Part shown: one piece after another, positions 50,781 through 60,741 of the stretch
How the letters are laid out: the number at the start of each line of letters is the position of its first letter
Position numbering within the stretch: the first letter of the stretch is position 1
Source of the DNA: Candidatus Bathyarchaeota archaeon
Lineage (GTDB): Archaea; Thermoproteota; Bathyarchaeia; 40CM-2-53-6; RBG-13-38-9
DNA length: 64,000 bases
Assembly (NCBI GenBank): GCA_963807605.1
Contig: CAWECG010000003.1
Location: 512,001-576,000 of the forward strand
Reading direction: 5' to 3'
Position numbers and translations under genes: made by a program
Notes under the pieces: generated by a model
Seen by the model: only the letters and a program-made list of their open reading frames with translations
Database searches by the model: none
What the model was told of the DNA's origin: nothing

Positions 50781-51925
50781 TTATGGGCATAGCAATTGGG
50801 AGATGTTCAAAGAGTCTGCTTTGAAGTGGACGTAAACCTTCTTTCCTTCATTCAAGTCAAGATCTTTTAGGGAACTCAAGGTCAGCTCGGACCTTATTGG
50901 AAAACCCACATCTACCAGTACCTTTGCACTGGACTTCATCCGAACTATCTCAACAATTGTCCCTGCGAGGTTGTTGCAGGTGCATCCACACCATTTTTGA
51001 TTCCTGATAACCGGTTCGCATGAGAGGATAACATCTTCAGGCTTGACAGTCACCAGTACCTGTTCTCCGTTCGCATTTCCAACTGAGTTTGCGAGGATCT
51101 CTGTTGCATTTATTTCGATCTTGGCAAGATTAGGTGAATCATGAATGATTCTCCCTTCATAGACATTGAGTCCAAGGAACTCTGCTACAAATCTTGAATT
51201 TGGTTTCTCCAAGACTTCGTTGCGGTGACCAATCTGTTCGATTCCGCCCATTACCCATGACTGCTATTTTATCAGAAAGGGCATATGCCTCAGCCAAGTC
51301 GTGGGTTACATAGATAGATGTTATCCCAAGGATTTTCAGGCGACTCTTAAGCTCGGTTCTCAGGGTTTCTCTGATTTGTGGATCAAGTGCAGCAAGAGGC
51401 TCATCAAGAAGCAAGACTTCCGGATTTGTGGCTGCAGACCTTACAAGGGCGACACGTTGTTGCTGTCCCCCACTGAGCATGTGAGGATGCGACTGAGAAC
51501 GATTCTTGAAGCCCTACAAACTCAAGGAGTAAGTTAGTCTGCTTCTTGATCTCATGCTTGGGTAAGTGCATAGCCTTCAAGCCATAAGATACATTCCCAT
51601 GTACCTTCATATGGGGAAAGAGGGCGTAGTTCTGGAAGACATATCCTATCTTCCGCCTTGCTGGCATCACATGAATTCTGCGTCTCCCCACGCGTCCCTC
51701 AACAAGGACTTTGTCGATGAAGACCTCTCCTTCGTCAGGTTGGCAAAGGCCAGCGATTATGTTGAGCATTGTCGTCTTTCCGCATCCACTGGGTCCCACA
51801 ACCGCGAGAATCTCATTTCTGTTCACATGTAGCATGAGCTTTCTCAGCACCTCTCTGTCCCCGAATCGCTTACAAACTGCCCTAAGCTCAATCACATTCT
51901 TGCACCATGACTCCGGTTCAGCCAC
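50781..51925 (-). pseudogene. Molybdate/tungstate ABC ATPase with TOBE domain, split into three frames
   Basis: GPSGCGKT in 51404..51925; [13 protein letters not shown] in 51157..51480; TOBE in 50781..51251. Confidence 0.85.
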
Positions 51926-52129
51926 CTAAGAATGAAAGAAAAGAGAAAGGAACAGCACTATGATTGACATAGCCCTCATTCTATGTTTCATTTTTTTCGG
52001 CCATTAGCAGGCAAACGCCCAGGACGTGCGCGTGGGACGCTGTACAGCCAAGGTTGATAATGCAAGCGTCAGGAAAACTAGTCCTGCCGCGACTTTCATC
52101 TGAGCGTTCTCTAGCACGTTTCATTCATC

Positions 52130-53104
52130 TTAAGGTGTGGCGCCGAAACCGTAATCCGCCAACAACCTTTGGCCTTCCTCTGAAAGCCAGAAGTCTACAT
52201 ATTTCGTTGCCAGATCACGATTGGAGGGATTCTTTATCACGGCCATTCCAAACGCTCCTATTGTGTTGACTGATGAAGGTATCTCGATGTACTGAAGTTT
52301 GGGTCCCACAAACTTGGCTTCAGAAACGAATACGATGCCTGCATCAACGACGCCCAGTAGAACTTTAGTGGTTACACTTGTGACCATGGGCTCATAGGAG
52401 ACAACATTGCTTATGATTTTGTCTCGGTAATGCTCCCATTGTGGCCCTTTGTATCTTGGGTCCGATCTATTTCCCCAAGTTTTCTGGATCTTTGTCAGTG
52501 TCATATTGGTATATGTTCCTACGGGGATTCTCCAAGTTCCCAGAGCAATCTTGGTATTAGGTCGAGTCAGATCCAATAATGAAGTGATGTTTCCTGGATT
52601 GTCAGCTGGAAGTATGACTATGAGCTTGTTGGTTGTGAAATTCCAGTACTGATCATTATCGAGAAGCCCATCTGTCTTCAGTTTCTTGGTCCATTTCGAG
52701 TCGGCGGACATGAAAACGTCGCATGGAAAACCGGAGTATATCTGTGTATAGAGGATATCGGAACTGGCAAAATTGACCATTACTTTGGCATTGTTTTCTC
52801 TTTCGAAGCTCTCCGTCTGCTTCTCCATAACATGGATTAAGCCGCCCGCGGCAAAAACCCGTAATTCTGTTGGAGTTTTATTGGCAGGTTGTTCAGCAGG
52901 TGTCTGGGTCGGTGATGGTGTTGTCAGAGTAATGATGGCGGATGGTGTAGTAGGTGTAGACGTTGTTCCAAGTCTCGACATGTAGGTTGCGGATCCTGCG
53001 ACCGCCGCAACGATAATTATGGCCAACAATATTAGAGTTATGTTACGCTTGCGCTGTGATGTTTTCCCAACATTCGTTTTCTGTTTATCTTGTGTCATTG
53101 TCAC
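52130..53104 (-). CDS. modA: Molybdate ABC transporter substrate-binding protein
   Basis: LRVFAA, NFASS, DVFMSA, PVG.Y, DAGIVF.S. Confidence 0.88.
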   Translation of the reverse strand: MTMTQDKQKTNVGKTSQRKRNITLILLAIIIVAAVAGSATYMSRLGTTSTPTTPSAIITLTTPSPTQTPAEQPANKTPTELRVFAAGGLIHVMEKQTESFERENNAKVMVNFASSDILYTQIYSGFPCDVFMSADSKWTKKLKTDGLLDNDQYWNFTTNKLIVILPADNPGNITSLLDLTRPNTKIALGTWRIPVGTYTNMTLTKIQKTWGNRSDPRYKGPQWEHYRDKIISNVVSYEPMVTSVTTKVLLGVVDAGIVFVSEAKFVGPKLQYIEIPSSVNTIGAFGMAVIKNPSNRDLATKYVDFWLSEEGQRLLADYGFGATP

Positions 53105-53495
53105 TTCACCCTTATTGTAGCACTAATGGCGACAGCCCGCCGCAGTACTAGAACATCGAGATTTCTCTTCACATTACGTCTCCTCCATATCTCTATCCTC
53201 CACATCGTAAGTATGTTATATATAGTGTTTACCGAGTGGCCAATTGTAAGCATAGAAGCTTACAAAAATACCAAAATTCTGTTATTTCAAAGCATTGTTG
53301 CTCATCCAAGACATTAGGTCTCATTTTGGAGAGAGAGTCTCCAGAACGCTTGCGTTCCGTCTTCTGGTGAGCAGCCACGCTATTCCATCGATGCTGGGAT
53401 GTGGGAGAAATCAGTTTGAGCCATAATGCTTAACAGTAGATAGAGCATATGGAAAATTCAGTTGCTCTTTATTCGCAAGACTTGAGGGAGGATGC

Positions 53496-54002
53496 TTGCC
53501 GGAAAACCAAGTTGTAAGTGAAATAACCTACAGGCCAATTGGAATTGTTCATTCTCCATTCAGAGAACCTTACGGTACACCCATACAATCAGTCTCCGCC
53601 CAAAATGCTGAAGGAGTAGTTGAGGTCTTTCCTGAGTATGCTGCAGGGCTGGAGGATATTGATGGGTTCTCGCACATCATTTTGATATATCATTTTCATT
53701 TGTGTAAGAGATTTTCATTGATGGTAAAGCCATTCCTCGATAACCCGTCACATGGCGTCTTTGCTTGCAGGGCACCAGCCCGTCCGAACCCAATAGGAAT
53801 CTCCATAGTGCGACTCACTAGAGTCGAAAAGGAGAGGCTCTACATCCAAGATGTAGACATCGTAGACGGCACACCTCTTCTAGACATCAAACCCTACGTT
53901 CCAGAGTTCGACAACAGAGAAGCAGACAGGAAAGGATGGCTTGAAGGGAATTTGGGTAAGCTCTATGAGACGAAAGATGATGGTCGATTTGCACACTCCT
54001 AA
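53496..54002 (+). CDS. tsaA: tRNA m6t6A37 methyltransferase TrmO
   Basis: PIGIVHS, GVFA.RAP.RPNPIG, DGTPLLDIKPY. Confidence 0.92.
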   Translation: MPENQVVSEITYRPIGIVHSPFREPYGTPIQSVSAQNAEGVVEVFPEYAAGLEDIDGFSHIILIYHFHLCKRFSLMVKPFLDNPSHGVFACRAPARPNPIGISIVRLTRVEKERLYIQDVDIVDGTPLLDIKPYVPEFDNREADRKGWLEGNLGKLYETKDDGRFAHS

Positions 54003-54077
54003 GACGTGCAAAGAATTACTTCAAACCCCGAAATCTCTCAAACGTACAACGTCGCGTGCGCCCTAAAATTCGAAATG

Positions 54078-54133
54078 CTTATATGGCGTTATGAATAGCT
54101 ATTCAATTGCAGTTATGAATATACATGCATAAT
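54078..54133 (+). promoter_or_regulatory. TATA plus two tandem GTTATGAATA-type operator sites
   Basis: CTTATAT, then GTTATGAATAGCTATTCAATTG (54088) and GTTATGAATATACATGCATAAT (54112). Confidence 0.65.
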
Positions 54134-54147
54134 CGGAGGTGAGGTAT

Positions 54148-54393
54148 GTGCCGTGTGGAGATGGAACAGGTCCTTGGTGGGCGAAGGAAGGAAATTGCAG
54201 ACACGGAGAATGAAGAAGAGGACACCACTGGAGAAGATCTTCTAGTGAGACAACATTCGAATTAACAGAGCTGACAAAGGAAGAGCAGAGGAAAATATTG
54301 CAGGTCGAGCTTATAGAAATTGATGCCGAAAGACGAAGGGTGGAGAAGAGACTGAAGGAATTGGGGTCATCGGAATCAAAGAATGAAAACTAA
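54148..54393 (+). pseudogene. DUF5320-family protein with one in-frame TGA (54211-54213)
   Basis: GGAGGTGA SD; MPCGDGTGPWW...E*RRGHHW...LTKEEQRKIL..E...VEKRLKEL in one frame. Confidence 0.65.
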
Positions 54394-55468
54394 CGCAGAT
54401 ATTGCAGTGCGTGTGGCGGAAGAGAGAATATCTATAATGGGTTTAGCCGTGAATTTTGCCCTTTCAGTGGGGAAACTCATCATAGGATTTCTCTCTCAGT
54501 CGACAGCGATTGTGGCTGAAGGATTACATTCCGCAATGGATGTATTCTCTTCAGTAATTAGTTGCGTCGGGATCAGAGTAAGCAAGAAGCCGGCGGACAC
54601 TGAACACCCTTACGGTCATTACAAGGCGGAGGTTGTATCGGGATTCATAATAACAATCATTTTACTTTTGACAGCTGTATGGATACTCTACGAGTCAATT
54701 ACCTCATTCTTGTCGCCAATACAAAAGGTCATTGTAAACCATGTTTCAATTGGAATTATGATAACTTCTGCGATATTGAATGAAGTTATGTATCATGTGA
54801 AAATAAGGAACGGAAAAAAATACGATAGCGTGAGTTTGATTTCAGATGGGATGCATAGCAGAATCGATGTGTTAACCTCTATCACCGTCCTAGTTGGAGT
54901 TGCGGCTTCCCAATATTCCATACGCACAGATTCTATTGCGGCTTTTGTCGTAGGACTCTATATACTCAAGGAGTCTTTCAGCTTAGGCAAGAGGGCAACC
55001 GACTCGCTGTTAGATGTTTCTGCCGGAGCAGATGTTGAAGGTAGAATCAGGGTAACAGCTGCAAAAGAGAAAGTAAAGATAAAAGCTTTGAAAACTCAGA
55101 AAAGGGGACCAAAGATCTTTGCGCAGCTAGACGTAATTCTTCCAGATAATCTAAGAGTTGATGAGGCTTCTTCTATAACCAAGAATCTTGAGCAAAGATT
55201 GGTAGGCAGTATAGAAAACCTTGATTATGTCACTATACAGATAGCTTCACATGAAATAGGGGAGAGTTACTACAGAGGAATCTTTGGGAGAGCCTTCGGC
55301 TGGCAGAGAAGAGGCCGGATGGAGAAAGTGGAAGGTGTGCGAGCACTTGGACCTGGTGGTTATTGCATCTGTCCTAATTGCGGACATAGGATCAAACATG
55401 AAATAGGTATCCCATGTTCATCTCTAAAGTGTCCGAAATGCAACGCTAATCTGACTAGGGAAGTCTAA
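54383..55468 (+). CDS. Cation diffusion facilitator with C-terminal double CxxC zinc-ribbon
   Basis: AEGLHS..D, HPYGH.K.E, DG.H...D; GPGGYCICPNCG...PC...KCPKC. Confidence 0.9.
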   Translation: MKTNADIAVRVAEERISIMGLAVNFALSVGKLIIGFLSQSTAIVAEGLHSAMDVFSSVISCVGIRVSKKPADTEHPYGHYKAEVVSGFIITIILLLTAVWILYESITSFLSPIQKVIVNHVSIGIMITSAILNEVMYHVKIRNGKKYDSVSLISDGMHSRIDVLTSITVLVGVAASQYSIRTDSIAAFVVGLYILKESFSLGKRATDSLLDVSAGADVEGRIRVTAAKEKVKIKALKTQKRGPKIFAQLDVILPDNLRVDEASSITKNLEQRLVGSIENLDYVTIQIASHEIGESYYRGIFGRAFGWQRRGRMEKVEGVRALGPGGYCICPNCGHRIKHEIGIPCSSLKCPKCNANLTREV

Positions 55469-55917
55469 TGCCAAGACCACAGTGTTTCCGGAGAGTCTGG
55501 TTCGAACCAAATTTCACTTATTTCAAGCCAGCAGGAATAAGGATGATTGATTTGGAAGAATCGATCCTCACCGTAGATGAATTCGAGGCCGTTAGACTGA
55601 AAGATTTAGAGGCGTTGGATGAACATGCAGCAGCCAAGAAAATGAACATATCTCAACCTACTTTTAACAGAATCGTTTCCTCAGCAAGAAAAAAAATCTC
55701 TGATGCCATTGTAAACGGAAAAGCAATCAAAATCGAGGGAGGCAACTTCAAACTGGTTCGAGCGCCAAAGAGAAGATTCAGATGCTGTGATTGTGGTAAT
55801 GCATGGGAACTTGCACAGATGCGAGCTCCTTCATTGTGTCCAAAATGCAAAGGCAAGAACATTCAGAGACCTCATACACACGCGAATAGTGCACCGGATC
55901 GTAAACTCTCTCGATGA
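55468..55917 (+). CDS. DUF134 (UPF0251) HTH protein with C-terminal zinc ribbon
   Basis: MPRP..R, YFKPAG, DEFEAVRLKD, ISQPTF.RI..SARKK, GKAIKIEGG, C..C...CPKC. Confidence 0.9.
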   Translation: MPRPQCFRRVWFEPNFTYFKPAGIRMIDLEESILTVDEFEAVRLKDLEALDEHAAAKKMNISQPTFNRIVSSARKKISDAIVNGKAIKIEGGNFKLVRAPKRRFRCCDCGNAWELAQMRAPSLCPKCKGKNIQRPHTHANSAPDRKLSR

Positions 55918-56049
55918 AGTTACGCGCGCACAAGAGGTAACCATGCACACCTCTGAAGGAATTAGCTACAGGGTGTCTCGTCGAAGCTTGCTGGCTAGAG
56001 CGTACGCACATTTATTCTTGTAAGAAGAGTACTCTTGACAAGGGGCGAA

Positions 56050-57918
56050 TTATCTTCCCATAGACGGGAAGAGTTCTGGGTTTCCGGGAATGTAGAGAGC
56101 TGCATTATACTCTTCCATGAAGTCAGAGTCGACTGTTAAGTCATAGTAAGTCATCGTCTCAGCGATCTCTTCCGCCTCTGCACGCTTCTTTGCCGATAGC
56201 AGGGCAATATATGCGCCTGCAATTGAACCATTCCCAAGCTGAACCGTTTCTGCCTTTGGAAATTCTGGAAAGAGCCCGAGAGTCGTTGCGCTTCTTTGGT
56301 CTATATATCTGCCAAAGGCTCCAGCAAGATAGAGGTTTTCAATATCACTAACGGTTACACCGATTTTCTTCATCAGAACTGCTACTGAACCGCAGAGGGC
56401 AGCCTTTGAATCCATCAAGTTGTTAATGTCTCTTTGGGTGATCACTATGTCTTTTTGTAGGTCGTTTTCAGAGGTTGGAGACACAACATACTCCAAACCG
56501 TCGATACCTTCCCTTATGAAATCTGATTTCTTTTCTATTATCTTCCCACAGAAGTCAATTATCCCAGACCGGTACATCTCTGCCGCAGCATCTATAATTC
56601 CGGACCCGCATATGCCTCGGGGTTTACGTTCGGGGCCACCAATCACCTGGTAGGTCGATCTTAGAGTCTTCGGTTCTATCTTTATGCGCTCTATGGCTCC
56701 TTCTACAGAGCGGATACCAAATCTTATTCCCCAACCTTCGAAGGCCGGGCCTGCTGCACATGACGTGGAGAGGAGCCAACCTTTACTTCCAATAACGATT
56801 TCCCCGTTCGTTCCCATATCCACTAGAATTGAGATTTCGGTCGATTGACACATTCCAGACGTTAAGACATCGGCTACTGCATCCCCCCCAACAAACCTGC
56901 TGACGTTAGGTAGGCAATACACTGAAGCGTTAGGGTTAGTCGTAATTCCGAATTTTTGAGCCTTACGTTGGATTGGATCTCGTGAAACCTGAACATTTGC
57001 ATTGACAAGATGCAATGGATCTAATCCTGCGAAAAGATATGTCATAACCGTATTTCCTGCGACAGTGAGATCGATTATCTCATCTGGAGCTATGTTGTTC
57101 CGGCTGATGATGGTTTCAACTATCTTATTTATAGTGTCGACAGAGGCTTTCTGTAATCTGTACAAACCTTCACTGCTTCTAAAGACGTAGTCAATTCTTG
57201 AGAGCAAATCTTCTCCATAGTTCAATTGTTCATTGTAACCTGACTCGATATCTATTATGCTGCCATCTCTAAAGTCTACTAGGTATGTTACAATCTTGGT
57301 CGTGCCAAGATCGATAGCTAACCCATAATTCCGCAGAGAAGTATCTCCAATATCGATGTCGACAACCTCAGACTGGCTGGCACACTTGTCCACGGTCACA
57401 GTGAGACCTTCGGCCCCTTGAATTTCCATTTTGTCAAGTTTCAGTAACGCGAGGTCGGAGAAAGGGATCTGTCGTCCGAATACATCTGTTACAAGACTAG
57501 AAATCTTTTGAACGCGTTCCGATCTCTCTTTAAGCTCGGCAAGATTCGCTCTCAGAAATTGCTTCCTACAACATGGGTCAAATTCGACTCTTGAGAAGAA
57601 CGCATTTGTTAGTATTTGTTGTCCTTCGAATCGACTTTCAGGCGGAATAACTACTCTAGTGTCAGCTAGCAATTGAGCCTGGCATGCAAGATGATATCCT
57701 CTAGTGTTATCATCTTGGAAGATGAACTTCTTGTATGAGTCTGATCTTTCGAGTACGTTACCTTCTTCAACAATGACTTTGCATTTACCGCAAGCTCCAA
57801 CACCCGCGCAAACACTTCGAATTTCGACACCAGCTTCTTGCGCTGCCTCTAGAATCGTTGAACCTTTCTTAACATTGACGCGCTTCCCTGTGGGTTGAAA
57901 TTCTACAGTAACCGTCAT
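56050..57918 (-). CDS. ASKHA-domain/2Fe-2S reductive activator of corrinoid proteins (RACo, DUF4445)
   Basis: CAGVGACGKC, DLGTT, DMGTNGE, AAGPAFEG, GICGSG, LAGAFG. Confidence 0.9.
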   Translation of the reverse strand: MTVTVEFQPTGKRVNVKKGSTILEAAQEAGVEIRSVCAGVGACGKCKVIVEEGNVLERSDSYKKFIFQDDNTRGYHLACQAQLLADTRVVIPPESRFEGQQILTNAFFSRVEFDPCCRKQFLRANLAELKERSERVQKISSLVTDVFGRQIPFSDLALLKLDKMEIQGAEGLTVTVDKCASQSEVVDIDIGDTSLRNYGLAIDLGTTKIVTYLVDFRDGSIIDIESGYNEQLNYGEDLLSRIDYVFRSSEGLYRLQKASVDTINKIVETIISRNNIAPDEIIDLTVAGNTVMTYLFAGLDPLHLVNANVQVSRDPIQRKAQKFGITTNPNASVYCLPNVSRFVGGDAVADVLTSGMCQSTEISILVDMGTNGEIVIGSKGWLLSTSCAAGPAFEGWGIRFGIRSVEGAIERIKIEPKTLRSTYQVIGGPERKPRGICGSGIIDAAAEMYRSGIIDFCGKIIEKKSDFIREGIDGLEYVVSPTSENDLQKDIVITQRDINNLMDSKAALCGSVAVLMKKIGVTVSDIENLYLAGAFGRYIDQRSATTLGLFPEFPKAETVQLGNGSIAGAYIALLSAKKRAEAEEIAETMTYYDLTVDSDFMEEYNAALYIPGNPELFPSMGR

Positions 57919-58178
57919 AGACCGCTACAACTCTTGCAGTTGACTTCACTGATGTCGAACATACCGGAACCCGCGTTGCACTCAAGATGTTTTGTCATGG
58001 CACAATCCTAACAGGGGCAGACGGAAAGTTTGCAGCTTAACACGCACTATCTGCATCCTTGCGTCTGGGCTTTTTCAACAGTCATATCTTAGACCATTTT
58101 TCTCCATGTAAGTGAGGAGGCCGATTTCTCCTTCGGCGAAGCGCGCGTACAAATCATAGAAAGGTTAGCGCGTTAAAC

Positions 58179-58212
58179 GAAACTTTATTAGTTATGAATA
58201 TTTATTCGTTAC
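58179..58212 (+). promoter_or_regulatory. BRE/TATA plus palindromic operator GTTATGAATATTTATTCGTTAC
   Basis: GAAA-CTTTATTA directly followed by the palindrome at 58191, upstream of mrp. Confidence 0.65.
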
Positions 58213-58455
58213 TATTGTTAAGCCAAGAAGATGTAGATCGGTGAGTCGTTCATTATATACTTCAAACCGATTGGTGTGTCTTTGACGGTGCTGGAACAGT
58301 TTAGCTTGGTAGTCGATAGGCTCGAAGCAGGACGCTCAAGATGTTGGAAGGACAAACACTAGAGGGCTACTTGCAGGTGTATGGAATTCATTGTTTTACC
58401 AGACTCGTGCAAGAAAGCACATGCTACATGACGTAATAAAACAAGGTGAAGTTAG

Positions 58456-59376
58456 ATGAAAACTGAATGCGAGGGAGAATGTGATTCTTGCGAAGAACCG
58501 GATAATTGTGATGATAATAAAAAACGCATTTACGATGAGCAGAAGATGCTTAAGATCAGAATGGGAAAGGTGAAGCATAAGATAGCCGTAATCAGCGGCA
58601 AGGGTGGAGTTGGAAAAAGCATCACCACCGTCAATTTGGCCATCGCCCTTGCCGGACACAGCCATACTCACGAAGTAGGTATACTGGACGCCGATATTCA
58701 CGGTCCATGTGTTCCTAAGATGCTGGGCATGAGAAGTCAGCGACTTAATGCCGGACCTCGAGGAGTCTTCCCAGCAACCGGTCCACTTGGAGTAAAAGTC
58801 GTTTCAACCGATTTCCTCCTTCCAAAAGACGAAACCCCAGTCATCTGGCGCGGTCCGCTCAAGATGGCAGCCATACGCCAATTCCTATCAGAGATCATCT
58901 GGGGCAATCTGGACTTTCTTCTTATCGATCTTCCCCCAGGAACCGGGGATGAGTCCTTGAGCGTCATGCAGTTACTGCCAGAGATGGACGGTGTAGTAAT
59001 AGTCACAATTCCGTCAGAGGTCTCGCAGATTGTAGTCAAGAAGGCAGTAACCTTTGCTAGGCAATTGAAGATCCCAATAATAGGCATAGTGGAAAACATG
59101 AGCGGGTTCGTCTGTCCAAAATGCGGCGAAGAATCCAACATTTTCAAATCTGGTGGCGGCAGAAAAGTCGCAGAGGATCTAAAGGTTCCCTTCCTCGGAA
59201 GTATACCTCTAGACCCTAGAATCTGCGAGGATTCCGATAATGGCAGACCGTTCATACTGGAGAATCCAAACTCTCCGTCAGCAGGAGCATTCATGGAGAT
59301 CGTTGAGAGAATAGAGACATTTCTAAGAGAAAAGGCGGATGAGCCGGGACCTTCAACCCTTGCAGAATGGAAATGA
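58456..59376 (+). CDS. mrp: Mrp/NBP35 Fe-S cluster carrier ATPase
   Basis: N-terminal Cys cluster, SGKGGVGKS, DADIHGP, WRGP, DLPPGTGD, ENMS.F.CPKC. Confidence 0.93.
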   Translation: MKTECEGECDSCEEPDNCDDNKKRIYDEQKMLKIRMGKVKHKIAVISGKGGVGKSITTVNLAIALAGHSHTHEVGILDADIHGPCVPKMLGMRSQRLNAGPRGVFPATGPLGVKVVSTDFLLPKDETPVIWRGPLKMAAIRQFLSEIIWGNLDFLLIDLPPGTGDESLSVMQLLPEMDGVVIVTIPSEVSQIVVKKAVTFARQLKIPIIGIVENMSGFVCPKCGEESNIFKSGGGRKVAEDLKVPFLGSIPLDPRICEDSDNGRPFILENPNSPSAGAFMEIVERIETFLREKADEPGPSTLAEWK

Positions 59377-59402
59377 CATCGAATTTTCAAAGGTGAGTCG
59401 AT

Positions 59403-59837
59403 ATGCCGATTAACATGGGAGATGATGTTTTGGTTCATTATACTCTGAAGCTTGAGAGTGGAGATATTATTGAAACGACCCGAAAAGGAGAGCCTTTCTT
59501 AGCCAAGATCGGTTCACATGATCTGTTACCAGAATTAGAACGAGTCCTCATCGGACTGGACAAAGGACATAGAAAGGAGGTCAAGATCCCTCCAAGTAAA
59601 GGGTATGGCGAGAGAAGAGAAGGGCTGCTTCATGAGATTCCCAAATCTAGACTTACAAGCGAACATGAACCTTCCAAGAATATGTTTGTTGACATCTTCA
59701 GTAAAGACGGAAATCGCAGTGTGGTTACCATTCACGATGTAAAGGAAGACTCCGTAGTCTTAGATCTTAACCATCCTCTAGCCGGACGAACTTTAGTGGT
59801 TGACATCGAAGTAGTCGACATATTTCCCGGCGCGTAA
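59403..59837 (+). CDS. slyD: FKBP-type peptidyl-prolyl isomerase (SlyD-like)
   Basis: VHYTL, GYGER, LDLNHPLAGRTL. Confidence 0.88.
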   Translation: MPINMGDDVLVHYTLKLESGDIIETTRKGEPFLAKIGSHDLLPELERVLIGLDKGHRKEVKIPPSKGYGERREGLLHEIPKSRLTSEHEPSKNMFVDIFSKDGNRSVVTIHDVKEDSVVLDLNHPLAGRTLVVDIEVVDIFPGA

Positions 59838-59945
59838 TATGAGGAATGTAAACCAAGACTCGGCTTAATTCTGGGGGGTTTTAGTTTCCCTGTGTAGTTT
59901 GTAGCTGAAGTACATGTTGCTTAGTGTCATGAGGAGGAAAATGAT

Positions 59946-60410
59946 ATGCGCACGAAACTCACGCCACCAGAGATAAGGAGCATACAACGGGTATTTTCTT
60001 TAGTCCTCCTTATCGCGATTATTCTCGTAGTTTCTTCCAGTCTGTGGTCTGAAGTCAGATTTACAACGCCAAATGAGCAGGGCGCCACCAGACTGATAAT
60101 TGTCCTTGAGCGTGTCCACGTAGGAGTTGGCGATTCCAAAGAAATGACTATAAGAGCAGTTGACCAAGCTGGAGTTGTCGACAAAAGCCGAAATGACCTG
60201 GTGCAACTGAATCTAACCTCGTTGAGCCGTGAAAACACCACTACCAAGCTGAGTGTCAATGAGCTCAGACTGGAAAATGGCTCAGCTAACGTGTATATTA
60301 CAGGTCCCATAGCAGACCTAGTGAAGGTAACTGTAACTTGGAAGGAGGGAAGATCAAAACTTGAGCCTGGAGAAACCCTCATCCAAGTTGGGAGTTTCGA
60401 AGGAACATGA
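59946..60410 (+). CDS. Membrane-anchored Ig-like protein, paralog of 46774..47133
   Basis: N-terminal TM, beta-rich domain. Confidence 0.7.
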   Translation: MRTKLTPPEIRSIQRVFSLVLLIAIILVVSSSLWSEVRFTTPNEQGATRLIIVLERVHVGVGDSKEMTIRAVDQAGVVDKSRNDLVQLNLTSLSRENTTTKLSVNELRLENGSANVYITGPIADLVKVTVTWKEGRSKLEPGETLIQVGSFEGT

Positions 60411-60527
60411 TCTACATGCGCGCTTTGGTTCTAGCCTGATCTTGATATCCTAAGAACTTCTAGGCAAATAGGTGATATTGCCGCAACAACGTTAGGTAAG
60501 CAACAAGAGCACTCATCTCTAGAGGTG

Positions 60528-60622
60528 ATGAGACTAGTGATTAGCTTGAGATGTCCCATTGGCGAATGTGTCTTTGAGATAGATGTTCACACCTTCCAAG
60601 AAGCAATCCAAAAGGCTAGAGA
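60528..60622 (+). pseudogene. Small CxxxxC metal-binding gene fragment (DUF1059-like)
   Basis: GAGGTG SD; LRCPIGECVFEI...EAIQKARE ends at AGCGCGCGCT. Confidence 0.45.
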
Positions 60623-60741
60623 GCGCGCGCTGCAAAAGTTCTATTGGGGATCACTATAGGCTATTCATAGAAGCATAACCAAGGGCCAAAGCAACTCGTA
60701 AAAGCGTTGAGAACGATGATCTCTTTTTGAAGGCGTGATAA

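Noticed and set aside
58737-59438. Long antisense ORFs (also 7564..8193, 18727..19317, 59927..60382)
   Set aside because: Shadows of well-supported genes on the opposite strand.
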